64,000 nucleotides of DNA from Candidatus Eiseniibacteriota bacterium (GTDB taxonomy: Bacteria > Eisenbacteria > RBG-16-71-46 > CAIMUX01): positions 107,862 through 171,861 of the forward strand of contig CAIMUX010000047.1 in the NCBI GenBank assembly GCA_903844735.1, given 5' to 3'. The stretch's first letter is position 1. Every line of letters begins with the position of its first letter. Positions 46,571-56,200 of this stretch are shown here, piece by piece. The notes under the pieces are model-generated. The model saw only the letters and a program-made list of their open reading frames with translations. It had not been told where the DNA came from and searched no databases. The position numbers were made by a program, and so were the translations under genes.

Positions 46571-47403
46571 CGACCCTGCGGGACGCTGCTTCGTGGCCTC
46601 GGCCGTCCCTGGAGATCAAGTCCCGGAATCTGAACCCAGGCGCTGTCGGCCCAGGCGTAGTTCATCCACTCCCGAGCCTTGAACGGCTCGGGAGAGTTGC
46701 AGGGGGTTTCGGCGGCCACGGTCCAGGGGACGCTGCGGATCCAGGAGAAGATCGCATCCTTGAGCCCCAAAGGAGGCTGATCACCGCCGCTGACCTCGAC
46801 GCGGGTGATGCGGCCCCAGAGGTCGGTGGCATAGCTCACCTGCATCCGGCACGTGTCGGGCTCGCCAGGCTCAGGTCCCTGAACGCGCAGCAAGCCCGGA
46901 CGCGGATGAGACGGAGGGGCGGTCGGCACTTGCGTGTACCCGATCTGCGCCCGGGGCATGACGGTAATCAGTCCGAGGTCGAGGGTGATGACGTCCTGGA
47001 CCACGGGGGGGTGCTCGCGGAGGACTATGCTCTTGCACCATTCGCTGCCGTCGCGGGCGCGCTCTTCGGGGATCAGCGTGATCCAGCCCTCACGTCCACT
47101 CCAGGCGACGAGGAAGTCGCCGTCGACGTCCGTGAAGGTGACCGTCGACTCGGGCACGACGGTGATGCGCACGCGCGGCACAGGCTTGTTGTCATGGGGT
47201 GTGACGGTCGTGCCGGCGATGGTTAGGCGCGGCACCTCGTTCTCGCCCAAGGGGGTTCCGTCTGCTGTGCCCACCGAAAATGCGAGAAAGCCGACGGTGA
47301 GGGCGGCGGCGATGGCGAGCGCTGCCGGTGTGGTCCGTGCTGCGGGCGTGACGGGTGCTCCCGGCGGGCGATAGGACCTGGTGGCGGTACGTGCGTGGAA
47401 CAT
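46567..47403 (-). CDS. Hypothetical exported protein (CarboxypepD_reg-like N-domain; TonB-C-like C-domain?)
   Basis: ATGA overlap with the dacB-like gene. TM/signal AALAIAAALTVGFLAF. VRITVVPESTVTFTDVDGDFLV resembles a carboxypeptidase-regulatory-like fold. The C-terminal assignment is a guess. Confidence 0.45.
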   Translation of the reverse strand: MFHARTATRSYRPPGAPVTPAARTTPAALAIAAALTVGFLAFSVGTADGTPLGENEVPRLTIAGTTVTPHDNKPVPRVRITVVPESTVTFTDVDGDFLVAWSGREGWITLIPEERARDGSEWCKSIVLREHPPVVQDVITLDLGLITVMPRAQIGYTQVPTAPPSHPRPGLLRVQGPEPGEPDTCRMQVSYATDLWGRITRVEVSGGDQPPLGLKDAIFSWIRSVPWTVAAETPCNSPEPFKAREWMNYAWADSAWVQIPGLDLQGRPRPRSSVPQGR

Positions 47404-47505
47404 GACGGGTGCGAACCTCCCTCCCGGCAGGGTGTTGGAGAACCGGTCGCGTGCGCCCGGCCCAGCCTGCGGGTCTGGGACGCACGGTTATGGTACCATG
47501 ACCCG

Positions 47506-47850
47506 ATGCGGGCCAGGGATCAAGGACTCACGCGCGCGGACTTAGAGCTGCTGCACCGCGCGCTCTCGTACCGGGTGAAGCGGGTGCACGACCAGGCAGC
47601 CCTCGTGCGGTTGTGTGGGCTTCTCGGGCGAGTGGAGACGCTCATCATCGACGAAGCCGTCCAGTCCTCCCTGCGTCTGTCGCCGCCGGAGCAGGAACTG
47701 CTGGCGCGCGAGTTGCCGCTATACGCCGCCGAAATGACCCAACGAGGTGGATCCGAGCAGGGCGCGATCGAAGCTCGGCGTCTTGCGGAAATCAATGGCA
47801 TCCTGACGGGTCGTCGCGGCCCCGGGTGGCGGCGGCTGCCCGGGCGCTGA
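47506..47850 (+). CDS. Hypothetical small helical protein (114 aa)
   Basis: Protein-like composition with no family recognised. Start chosen at the ATG at 47506, because the ORF-track start at 47395 overlaps the upstream divergent gene. Confidence 0.35.
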   Translation: MRARDQGLTRADLELLHRALSYRVKRVHDQAALVRLCGLLGRVETLIIDEAVQSSLRLSPPEQELLARELPLYAAEMTQRGGSEQGAIEARRLAEINGILTGRRGPGWRRLPGR

Positions 47851-47874
47851 GCCCGGGGTCGGGAATGAAGGAGA

Positions 47875-48297
47875 ATGAGCATGGTGGAGAACCGCAAGTA
47901 CTCGGTCGCGGCTGTGATCAAGGGCGATTTCGCTCTGATTCGCGAACGGGTCATCGACGCGCTGTCAAAGGAAGGATTCGGCATCCTGACCGAGATCGAC
48001 GTGGCGGCGACCCTGAAGAAGAAGCTCGGCGTCGAAGTCCGGCCCTACGTCATCCTCGGAGCTTGCAACCCGCCACTGGCCCATCGGGCGCTGACAGAGG
48101 AGCCGGATCTCGGTGTTCTACTTCCCTGCAACGTCATCGTCTATGCCCATGGCGACGGGGTTTGCACCGTCGCCGCTCTCGACCCGGTTCGCCAGTTTTC
48201 GCTGGTGGAGAACCCGAAGGTGGAGCCGGTGGCGGAAGAGGTGCGGGCGGGGATGGTGCGGGTCATCGAGGCTGTCCGTGACACCTTTCCGGTCTGA
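47875..48297 (+). CDS. DUF302 domain-containing protein
   Basis: GFGILTEIDVAATLKKKLGVEVRPYVILGACNPPLAHRAL and LLPCNVIVY are the characteristic DUF302 segments. GAAGGAG SD upstream. Confidence 0.8.
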   Translation: MSMVENRKYSVAAVIKGDFALIRERVIDALSKEGFGILTEIDVAATLKKKLGVEVRPYVILGACNPPLAHRALTEEPDLGVLLPCNVIVYAHGDGVCTVAALDPVRQFSLVENPKVEPVAEEVRAGMVRVIEAVRDTFPV

Positions 48298-49444
48298 GCC
48301 GGCGGACTTCGCTGAGTCGGCGCAAGTCTGTATCCCGCGGTTCGGCCGATCCGCCCCGGGTCCTCTCGACCCGATCCTGGCCATCGAAACGTCCTGCGAC
48401 GACACCTGCGCCGCCGTGCTGACCGGCGAGGGCCGGGTGTGCAGCGGCGTCGTCTCGTCGCAAGGGATCCACGCGGCGTTTCTAGGCGTCGTACCCGAGC
48501 TGGCTTCCCGTGAGCATCTGATGCTGATTCTCCCCGCCATCCGGCAGGCGCTGGAAGAGGCGGGCGTGACCCTGCAGCAGCTCCGCGGCATTGCCGTGAC
48601 GCGAGGCCCCGGGCTCATTGGTTGTCTGCTCGTCGGTCTGGCCACCGCCAAAGGGCTGGCCTTGTCGCTGGATCTTCCGTTCGTCGGGGTGAATCACCTT
48701 GACGGACATCTCCATGCCATCCGGGCCACGCGCTCCTACGACCCGCCGTTCGTGGCGCTGGTCGCGTCGGGCGGTCACACCGAGTTGCTGCTGGTCGAGG
48801 CGTGGGGCCGGTATCGACTCCTCGGAGCAACACGCGACGACGCGGCCGGCGAAGCCTTCGACAAGGTGGCCAAGGTCCTGGGTCTGGGCTTCCCCGGGGG
48901 GGCGGCGATCGATCGTTTGGCGCGCGAGGGAGATCCGAAGGCGTTCACGTTTCCGCGTCCCTGGCTCGAACTGGAGCGCGGTGGTCTCGAGTTTTCGTTC
49001 AGCGGACTCAAGACCGCGGTGAAGAACCATGTAGAGCGATCCGCGCCGCCTGCCGTGCCCCCCGGTGGAGCCGGGATGCCGGAGTGGGATCGGTTCGTCC
49101 GCGACACGGCTGCTTCGTTTCAGGCCGCCATCACCGATGTCTTGGTGGCCAAGCTTGCGGAGGCGGCCCGGCAGACCGGGGTGCGGCGGTTCCTCCTTTG
49201 CGGTGGGGTGGCCTGCAACTCGGCCCTGCGCGAGCGCACGGCTCACTTGGCGGGCCGATTGGGCGGCGAAGCGGCTTGGCCTGCGCCCGCTCTCTGCTCC
49301 GACAACGCGGCCATGATTGGCCTCGCGGGGGTCGAACGCCTTCGCCGTGGGGAGTGTGATCCGCTCAGCCTGGCGGCCGTGGCCGGGCTGGAGGATCTTG
49401 ACTGGGGGACGCCGGACGAGTCGGCCCCGGCCGGATTTCCTTGA
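48278..49444 (+). CDS. tsaD: tRNA N6-adenosine threonylcarbamoyltransferase (Kae1/TsaD)
   Basis: ILAIETSCDDTCAAV, GVNHLDGHLHA (metal His pair), VASGGHTEL, GGVACNSALR. No ATG lies near the expected N-terminus. The in-frame GTG at 48278 is chosen; the start is uncertain. Confidence 0.88.
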   Translation: MTPFRSEPADFAESAQVCIPRFGRSAPGPLDPILAIETSCDDTCAAVLTGEGRVCSGVVSSQGIHAAFLGVVPELASREHLMLILPAIRQALEEAGVTLQQLRGIAVTRGPGLIGCLLVGLATAKGLALSLDLPFVGVNHLDGHLHAIRATRSYDPPFVALVASGGHTELLLVEAWGRYRLLGATRDDAAGEAFDKVAKVLGLGFPGGAAIDRLAREGDPKAFTFPRPWLELERGGLEFSFSGLKTAVKNHVERSAPPAVPPGGAGMPEWDRFVRDTAASFQAAITDVLVAKLAEAARQTGVRRFLLCGGVACNSALRERTAHLAGRLGGEAAWPAPALCSDNAAMIGLAGVERLRRGECDPLSLAAVAGLEDLDWGTPDESAPAGFP

Positions 49445-49581
49445 GACCCTCCTGAGATTCGGCGTACCACCGGTTTCCCTCAACTCAGGATGGTTGAGAT
49501 GGTTCGTTTGTTGGGATATCTTGGTCGCTGTGTGATCGGTGGCGGGCCGTTTGTCCGCCGGACAGGTTGTGGTCAGTCTGA

Positions 49582-49601
49582 GAGACACCGGTGGGTGTCT
49601 C
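49582..49601 (+). promoter_or_regulatory. Perfect 8-bp stem / 4-nt loop hairpin (GAGACACC ggtg GGTGTCTC) in the leader of the cohesin gene
   Basis: Read directly. Flanked by direct copies of CCGGACAGG at 49556 and 49610. It sits 27 nt upstream of the ATG at 49628, in a locally lower-GC intergenic stretch. Confidence 0.3.
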
Positions 49602-49627
49602 CGAACCGCCCGGACAGGCGAGGGCCC

Positions 49628-51904
49628 ATGAATACGTTCTTTTCGTTCAGGCTGAGGTTCTCGCGGCGGGGCCTCCTGGAGATCCTCCGCGCCCTGCTTT
49701 CCCTGCCCGCGGCGGCGCTGTTTCTGGCGCTTCCCGTGTCTGTGGCGCGCGGGGCGCCCCTGGGGCAGAACGTCCTTTCCCTGGGCACGGCGAGCGGGGC
49801 GTCCGGCACCGAGGTCACTGTGGCGCTCAACCTGGCCAACCAGGACGCCGTGGGGGGGATTCAGCTCGATGTCCGATTCGATCCGACGGTGGTGAGTTTC
49901 ACCGGCGCGGTGATCACCTCGCGGACGGCCGGGATGTCGATCGGGAGCTCCACTCCGGCGGCGGGGCGGCTGCGTATCGTGATGTATTTCGGGGGCGGGG
50001 GCAACGTTGCGGCCGGCACGGGAGCCGTGGCTGATCTCACCTTTCTCTTGGTCGGGACAGGTGGCAGTGCCCTCACGCCTGAGGCGATGGAACTGTCCGA
50101 CCCCACGGGTCAGACGCTTTCTGTGACCGCCACCGGGGGGGAGATCACCGTCATCGGCGGGGCCGAGGCGCTTTCGATAGGGACCGGCAGCGGCGCCAGC
50201 GGTGCCGAAGTGACGGTGCCGCTCGGTTTGCAGAATGCCCAGGCGATCGGCGCGCTACAGCTCGACATCCTCTTCGACCCGGCCGTGGTGAGCTTCACGA
50301 GTGCCGCGATCACCTCGCGTGCAACCGGTATGTCGATTCCGACCTCCACCACGTCCCCGGGACGGCTGCGCGTGGTGATGTACTTCGGTGGCGGAGGCAG
50401 CATTCCGGCGGGCGATGGCGCGGTGGCCAACCTTACGTTTCAAACCATTGGTGCCGCGGGGACCGGATGTGACCTCACCCCGGACGCGGCGGCTCTGTCC
50501 GACCCGAACGCGCAGGCGTTGCCGGTGACAGCCACCGCAGGCCATATCACCGTGACCGGCGGAGGCGACCCGACCGGGGCCTGCTGCGCGTCGGCGGGTA
50601 CCTGCACCCTGGTGACGCAGCCGGGCTGCGCGGCCGGGATCTGGCAGGGCCTGAACACGGCTTGCACTCCGAACCCCTGTCCGCCCGCCCCAGCGGCCGA
50701 CACGCTCTCGGTCGGATCTGGAAGCGGCGCTAGCGGCACCGAAGTGACCGTGCCGCTCGGCCTGGGGAACACCCAGCCGGCCAAGGGGCTTCAGCTCGAC
50801 ATCCGCTTCACCGCATCAGTGGTGAGCTGGGTCCGAGGAACCGCCGCTCCGCGGGTGGGCGGGATGACATTCTCGGCTCAACCCCAGGGAACTGACGGCG
50901 TCCGAATCGTGATGTACTACGCCGATGCCACGACCGTGGCGCCGGGGACCGGGGCCATCGCCAACTTAGTGTTCCGGCTGAATGGCGTCGGCGGCAGCTC
51001 GAGCTCGCTCGCCCTGAGCGGAGTCGTGGTGGCGAACCCGGACGGTCAGCCGATCGTCGTGACCAACCGAGAGGGGCGCCTCGACGTCACGGGAGGACCT
51101 GGCGATCCGACCGGCGCGTGCTGTGCGCCGAGCGGGGCCTGCACGCTGGTGACCCAGGTGGCCTGCACCGCCGGTACCTGGCGCGGTGCGAACACAGCCT
51201 GCGTGCCGAATCCATGCCCGGCTCCGTCGCCGGCCGATACGCTTGCGGTCGGAGGCGGGAGCGGACCCTCCGGCGGGCAGATCACCATTCCCATCGGCCT
51301 GGCGAACCATGTTGCGGTGCGCGGGATCCAGGCGGATATCCGTATCGACCCGGCGGTACTCCGCTTCGAGAGCGGCGCCGCCGCCCCACGCGTCGGGAGC
51401 ATGGTTTTTGCGGCCTCGTCGCCGACCCAGGATCGGGTTCGGATCCTTCTGTACTACGACAACACGAGCACCCTCGCGCCCGGCCGTGGCGCGGTGGCAA
51501 ACCTGGTCTTCAGGATCACCGGGGCGGGCGGGAGCCGGTCGTCTCTGATGGCGGCCGACATCCACATCGCCGACGTGAACAACCAAGAGATCCCGACGGT
51601 AGGGAGTGCCGGGGAGGTTTCGGTGATTGGGGGGGGCGCGCCGCCCGATCTGCAGCTCGCGGTGCTCAAGAATCCGGGGCGGATGCGTACGTTGCAGATC
51701 TTCCTCAGCTCCGATGTGGGACTGGACGCGATGCCCACAGTGGGCCTGTCCGGCGGCGTTGCTGTGCCGTTGACCCAGCTTCCCGGCGTGAACATCTTCC
51801 AGGGGAGTGTCTCCGTGGACGACGGGACGGCGAGTGTGACGGTGCAGGCGACCGGCAGTCACGACGGGGCCACGGGTACGGTCCAGTCCACGGTGACCTT
51901 CTGA
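49628..51904 (+). CDS. Secreted scaffoldin-like protein with four cohesin-like modules and two Cys-rich GACC..PNPCP linker modules
   Basis: Signal ..LLSLPAAALFLALPVSVARG. There are four ~130-aa modules with a cohesin-like pattern, e.g. LSLGTASGASGTEVTVALNLANQDAVGGIQLDVRFDPTVVSF..GRLRIVMYFGG..GAVADLTFLLVG..GEITV. The approximate module spans are 49766-50155, 50156-50560, 50690-51095 and 51225-51625. Linkers are at 50567-50686 and 51104-51220. The ORF-track start at 49490 is rejected. Confidence 0.75.
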   Translation: MNTFFSFRLRFSRRGLLEILRALLSLPAAALFLALPVSVARGAPLGQNVLSLGTASGASGTEVTVALNLANQDAVGGIQLDVRFDPTVVSFTGAVITSRTAGMSIGSSTPAAGRLRIVMYFGGGGNVAAGTGAVADLTFLLVGTGGSALTPEAMELSDPTGQTLSVTATGGEITVIGGAEALSIGTGSGASGAEVTVPLGLQNAQAIGALQLDILFDPAVVSFTSAAITSRATGMSIPTSTTSPGRLRVVMYFGGGGSIPAGDGAVANLTFQTIGAAGTGCDLTPDAAALSDPNAQALPVTATAGHITVTGGGDPTGACCASAGTCTLVTQPGCAAGIWQGLNTACTPNPCPPAPAADTLSVGSGSGASGTEVTVPLGLGNTQPAKGLQLDIRFTASVVSWVRGTAAPRVGGMTFSAQPQGTDGVRIVMYYADATTVAPGTGAIANLVFRLNGVGGSSSSLALSGVVVANPDGQPIVVTNREGRLDVTGGPGDPTGACCAPSGACTLVTQVACTAGTWRGANTACVPNPCPAPSPADTLAVGGGSGPSGGQITIPIGLANHVAVRGIQADIRIDPAVLRFESGAAAPRVGSMVFAASSPTQDRVRILLYYDNTSTLAPGRGAVANLVFRITGAGGSRSSLMAADIHIADVNNQEIPTVGSAGEVSVIGGGAPPDLQLAVLKNPGRMRTLQIFLSSDVGLDAMPTVGLSGGVAVPLTQLPGVNIFQGSVSVDDGTASVTVQATGSHDGATGTVQSTVTF

Positions 51905-51914
51905 GGAGGGCGGG

Positions 51915-53252
51915 ATGAAAATGCAAGCAAGACGAGCCCGTAAGTCCCGGTGCCTCTCGGCCATAGGGTTGGCCCTCGCTCTTCTTGGGGTGGCTTTGGC
52001 CGGAGTGATCACCGGATGCGGCGGGAAGGAGGTCATCCAACCGCCGCCGCCGGCCCAGGCGCCGGTCGTGCAGGTCCTCACGCCGAACGGTGGCGAGAGT
52101 TTCCGGGCCGGAGCGCAAACTGAGATCACCTGGACCGCAACCGATGGAGACACGCCGATGTTGCTGATCTCCGTCGAGTTCAGCCCGGATGGCGGCGCTG
52201 TTTGGCTGCCGGTGGCGGTCGACGACCCGAACGACGGCACTTTCACCTGGGCGGTCCCGGGGATGGCTACCGGGCAGGCGCTCATCCGCGTGACGGCGAC
52301 AGATGGCGTCCATCGGGGCAGCGATGTTTCCGACAACCCCTTCAGCATCAGCAGCATGCCGCCGCCGCCGCCCCAGACGCCGGTCGTGCATGTGCTCACG
52401 CCGAATGGTGGCGAGAGTTTCTTGGCAGGATCGCAGACCGGGATCACCTGGACCGCCACCGACGGAGACACGCAGGTGTTGCTGATCACCATCGAGCTCA
52501 GCCCGGACGGCGGCGCTGTTTGGCTGCCGGTGGCGGTCGACGAGCCGAACGACGGCACCTTCACCTGGGCGGTCCCGGGGACCGCTACCGGGCAGGCGCT
52601 CATTCGCGTGACGGCGACAGATGGCGTCCATCTGGGCAGCGATGTCTCCGACAACCCCTTCAGCATCACCGCAACTCCGCCGCCTGATACGCCGGAGACG
52701 CTCACCGCGAAGGGGTGGACGGCGTTCGAGGCGGGCGATTTTGCTCAGGCGCTCCAGAGATTCGGGGCCGCCATCGCTCTCGACGCGCAGTACGGTCCGG
52801 CCTACACCGGCCGCGGCTGGGTGGAACTGACCCGGGCCACCACGACGGACGCGTTCCGGGCCGCCGTGACGACCTTCGATGCGGCCGTGGCGCGCGGGCA
52901 GACCAGCGCGGATGCGCGCGGCGGGCGCGCGGCGGCGAAGTTGGCTTTGGGTGGCTCCGATCTCGCCGGGGCGGTTCAGGAAGCACAGGCGGCGGTCGCC
53001 GCCTCCCCGACCTTCGTGTTCCCGCACCGGACCAGCTTTGACTACCGGGATCTGCACCTCATCGCGGCCTTTGCCGAGGCGGGGCGCGGCGGCCGCTTCT
53101 CTGCCGCTCGGGACGAGGCCGACCAGGTACAGGCCAGCGGCATCCGTCTTGGCGATCCGCAGACCTGGATCGTGGATGACCTGCGCTACCCGACCTTCGA
53201 GGCCGCGGTGCTGGCCTGGCTTCACAAGATGTCCGCTGCCTTCGCCGGCTGA
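51915..53252 (+). CDS. Lipoprotein with two tandem Ig-like (Kre9/KNH-like) domains and a TPR-like C-terminal half
   Basis: Lipobox ..LAGVITGC; GAGGAGG SD. Two ~105-aa copies of VLTPNGGESF.AG.QT.ITWTATDGDT..LLI..E.SPDGGAVWLPVAVD.PNDGTFTWAVPG.ATGQALIRVTATDGVH.GSDVSDNPFSI. Then AKGWTAFEAGDFAQALQRFGAAIALDAQYGPAYTGRGW, which is TPR-like. Confidence 0.75.
   Translation: MKMQARRARKSRCLSAIGLALALLGVALAGVITGCGGKEVIQPPPPAQAPVVQVLTPNGGESFRAGAQTEITWTATDGDTPMLLISVEFSPDGGAVWLPVAVDDPNDGTFTWAVPGMATGQALIRVTATDGVHRGSDVSDNPFSISSMPPPPPQTPVVHVLTPNGGESFLAGSQTGITWTATDGDTQVLLITIELSPDGGAVWLPVAVDEPNDGTFTWAVPGTATGQALIRVTATDGVHLGSDVSDNPFSITATPPPDTPETLTAKGWTAFEAGDFAQALQRFGAAIALDAQYGPAYTGRGWVELTRATTTDAFRAAVTTFDAAVARGQTSADARGGRAAAKLALGGSDLAGAVQEAQAAVAASPTFVFPHRTSFDYRDLHLIAAFAEAGRGGRFSAARDEADQVQASGIRLGDPQTWIVDDLRYPTFEAAVLAWLHKMSAAFAG
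52041..52669 (+). repeat. Tandem duplication (two units of about 315-320 bp) inside the lipoprotein gene
   Basis: Unit 1 is about 52041-52352 and unit 2 about 52358-52669. My hand alignment of the encoded copies shows 16 mismatches in ~105 residues. Confidence 0.85.
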
Positions 53253-53259
53253 TTCCACG

Positions 53260-56200
53260 ATGGAGGAGACGATGATGCGTGCGTTCTTTTGGATCCGGAC
53301 GGCTCGGATCGCCGCGGCCTCGGCCCTCGTGCTGACCTGCTTGTTCTGCGTTACGGAGTCGCCGGCGCTGGGCGTGACGCCGGGGGGCGAATCGATGCGC
53401 GTGCCCTTGGCGGCCGGTGCGGGAAAGGTCGATCCTTGGCTCCGGCTGGCCCTCGCGACGCCCGGCCACAGCGTCGCGCGCCTGATGCCGGTGGCGCGCA
53501 ACATCGAGATCGCGGGCTCCTCGCTCGACGATCTGCGCTACCCGGTCCTTCTCCGTACCACTCTGGACGACGCGGAACTCGTCGCGCGGGGCGTGGTGCC
53601 TGACTCGCGGGCCGGTGACATCGTGACCGCGACTCTCACGCCGGGCCAGTTGGGCATGCTTGCCGCCGACCCCGCTGTCTCATTGATCGAGGCGTCCCGC
53701 TGGCTCCCGAGCGCTCTGGATGTCTCGGTTCCGGAGACCCGGGCCGACCTGGTGAATAACGTCGGCGATCCACCCGCCGGCTACACCGGGCGTGGCGTCA
53801 TCGTGGGACTGATCGACAGCGGGATCGACCATACCCACGCGGACTTCCAGAAGCCCGATGGGACAAGCCGCATCCTTTACATCTGGGATCACCAGCGGGA
53901 GGGTGCCGCCCCCGCGGGCTACGGCTATGGCTACGAATATACCAAGGCGATGATCGATGGCGGCCAGGCGAACCAGCATGTCGACCAGGTGGCCCACGGC
54001 ACGCACTGCGCCGGTATCGCGGCGGGCGACGGCAGCTCGCTGGCCAACCACCCCTACCGCGGCGTGGCCTGGGAGGCCGACATCATTGCCGTGCGCAACG
54101 GCGGAAGCTGCGACGTGTTCTGCTACGGAGGCGGCGTGCCGCCCTGGGACACCGGCGGCTACCTGTATGGTCAAAACGGTGGCACCAAGGGTAGCATCGA
54201 CGGCCTCAACTACATGATCGCGAAGGCAAAGGCTCTGGGCAAGCCTCTGGTCGTGAACCAGAGCCAGGGCGTGGGCAAGGGGCCGCACGACGGCACCACC
54301 CTCTTCGAGCAGGCGTACGATCAGCTCGTTACCGATCCGCAAAAGAACCTCATCATCTGCATTGCCGCCGGGAACGAGCAACAGATGGCCTCCCACGGAC
54401 AGGTCGCTGTGCCCGCGGGCGGGAGCGCGAGCTTCACGCTCAGCAAGACGTGGAGCTCGACGCAGGGAGACGTCTCCAATTTTTATATGGATTTCGAGTG
54501 CTGGTACCCGGCGGGAAGGCAGTTCCGCTGGGAAGTGCGGGCACCCGGCGGGACCACCCTCCAGATCCCGGCCTCGGTTCCGGCTAGCCAGTATCCGTAC
54601 CAATGGACCGCGCGCCCGGACACGGTGGTCTACTGGACCGCGACGCAGCATCCGGCGAACAACCAGGGCTATGCGAACTTCGTCATTCAGAACTGGCGTT
54701 CCGGGATCGAGACCGGCACCTGGACCGTGCGCGCCATCGACGAGGGGGGAACCGGCGGCACGGTCGATCTGTACGTCGAGCGCAACCAGTACACGGCGAA
54801 GGTGGTGCAGGGGCTCAGCCTCGACAACATCGTGAGCATGCCCGGGACCGCCGACCAGGTGATCACGGTGGCGTCCTACAACTCGAAACTCTCCTGGATC
54901 GCCAATGACGGTCAGCCCTACCAAGCGACGAACGAAAACCCGGTGGGCGACATCAGCACGTTCAGCGGATGGGGCCCGCGTCGGGATGGCGCGGCCAAGC
55001 CGGATCTGGCGGCACCGGGTGCCTGGGTCATGTCGGTCCTTGCGACCGGCAGCCAGCCCGACCCGCGTCAGGTCGGCCCCGGAGGCAAGCACAAGATCAT
55101 CTCCGGCACGTCCATGGCGGCCCCGCATGTCACCGGGACCGTTGCCCTGATGCTGCAGAAGAAGCCCGACCTGCTCGCCGCCGAGGTGAAGTCGATTCTC
55201 CAGCAGACGGCGCGGCAGGACGGCTTCACCGGCGCGGTGCCGAACGCGAAGTGGGGCAGCGGGAAGCTCGACGCCAAGGCCGCGGTCGACGCGGTACGTC
55301 TTGGCGGGAGCTGTGCTACAACCCCGGGCGACGCCAACCAGGATCACGTGGTCAATATCCTCGATGTCGTGGTTACGGTGAACGACATTCTGGGGGTGAC
55401 ACCGCTGGACGAGTCGGGGCGCGGCTGCGCGGACGTCGACGGCAGCAACTCCGTCAGCATCCCCGATGTCGTGTTGATCGTGAACCTGATACTGCAACCG
55501 AGCGCCCCCGCGCCCCAGGTGGAAGACGGTGCGAAGGCCGCCCCGCTCGCGTGGGAACGCGAGCTCACCCGCGATGCGTTGCGCTTCCGGGTGGACGGCG
55601 CCCGGGTGGGCGGGCTGGAGATGTCGGTGATCCTCGCACGCGGGTGGCGCCTGGGCTCACAAGCGCCTGCGGATGGAGCTGTCGCTGCCGGTGTGGCCGC
55701 TCCGGGTGCAGGCGCCGCCGGCGCCGGCATGGCCGCCGCCGATGTCCGGATCATCGGAGCGGCCTTTGGTGTCTCGGTCCAGGCCCACGAGGAAAACGGC
55801 GTTTGCCGGCTAGTGGCCTACGCCCCTTCGGGCGGAGCTCTCGGATCCGGTCCCGTGACGCTGGAGATTCCGCTGGTACAGATCTTCGACGGAGGCGTCG
55901 GTCCCGAGGGGATCGAGGTGGCGAGGGTCATCGCCGCCGACCCGGTGGGGCGGCCGCTGGTGCTCGCTTCGACGCCGAGTCTCGACGGCGACGACGGCGA
56001 TGCCGGGGACGCGCGCGTGCTCCTGCCCGCCACCGCCGTGCCGAACCCTACCTACGGGGTTTCGCGCGTGCGTTACCGGCTCTGGGACGATGGGCCGGTG
56101 ACGATTACCGTCTTCGATGCGGCCGGTCGCTCCGTACGTGATCTTTGGGATGGGATGCAGACGGGCGGCAGCCACGAACTCGCCTGGGACGGTCGCGATG

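Noticed and set aside
49766-52669. Periodic DNA repeats in 49.8-52.7 kb considered as a possible CRISPR or satellite array
   Set aside because: The repeat units are 320-540 bp and divergent, in frame, and encode protein domains (cohesin-like and Ig-like). There is no short repeat/spacer architecture and there are no cas genes.
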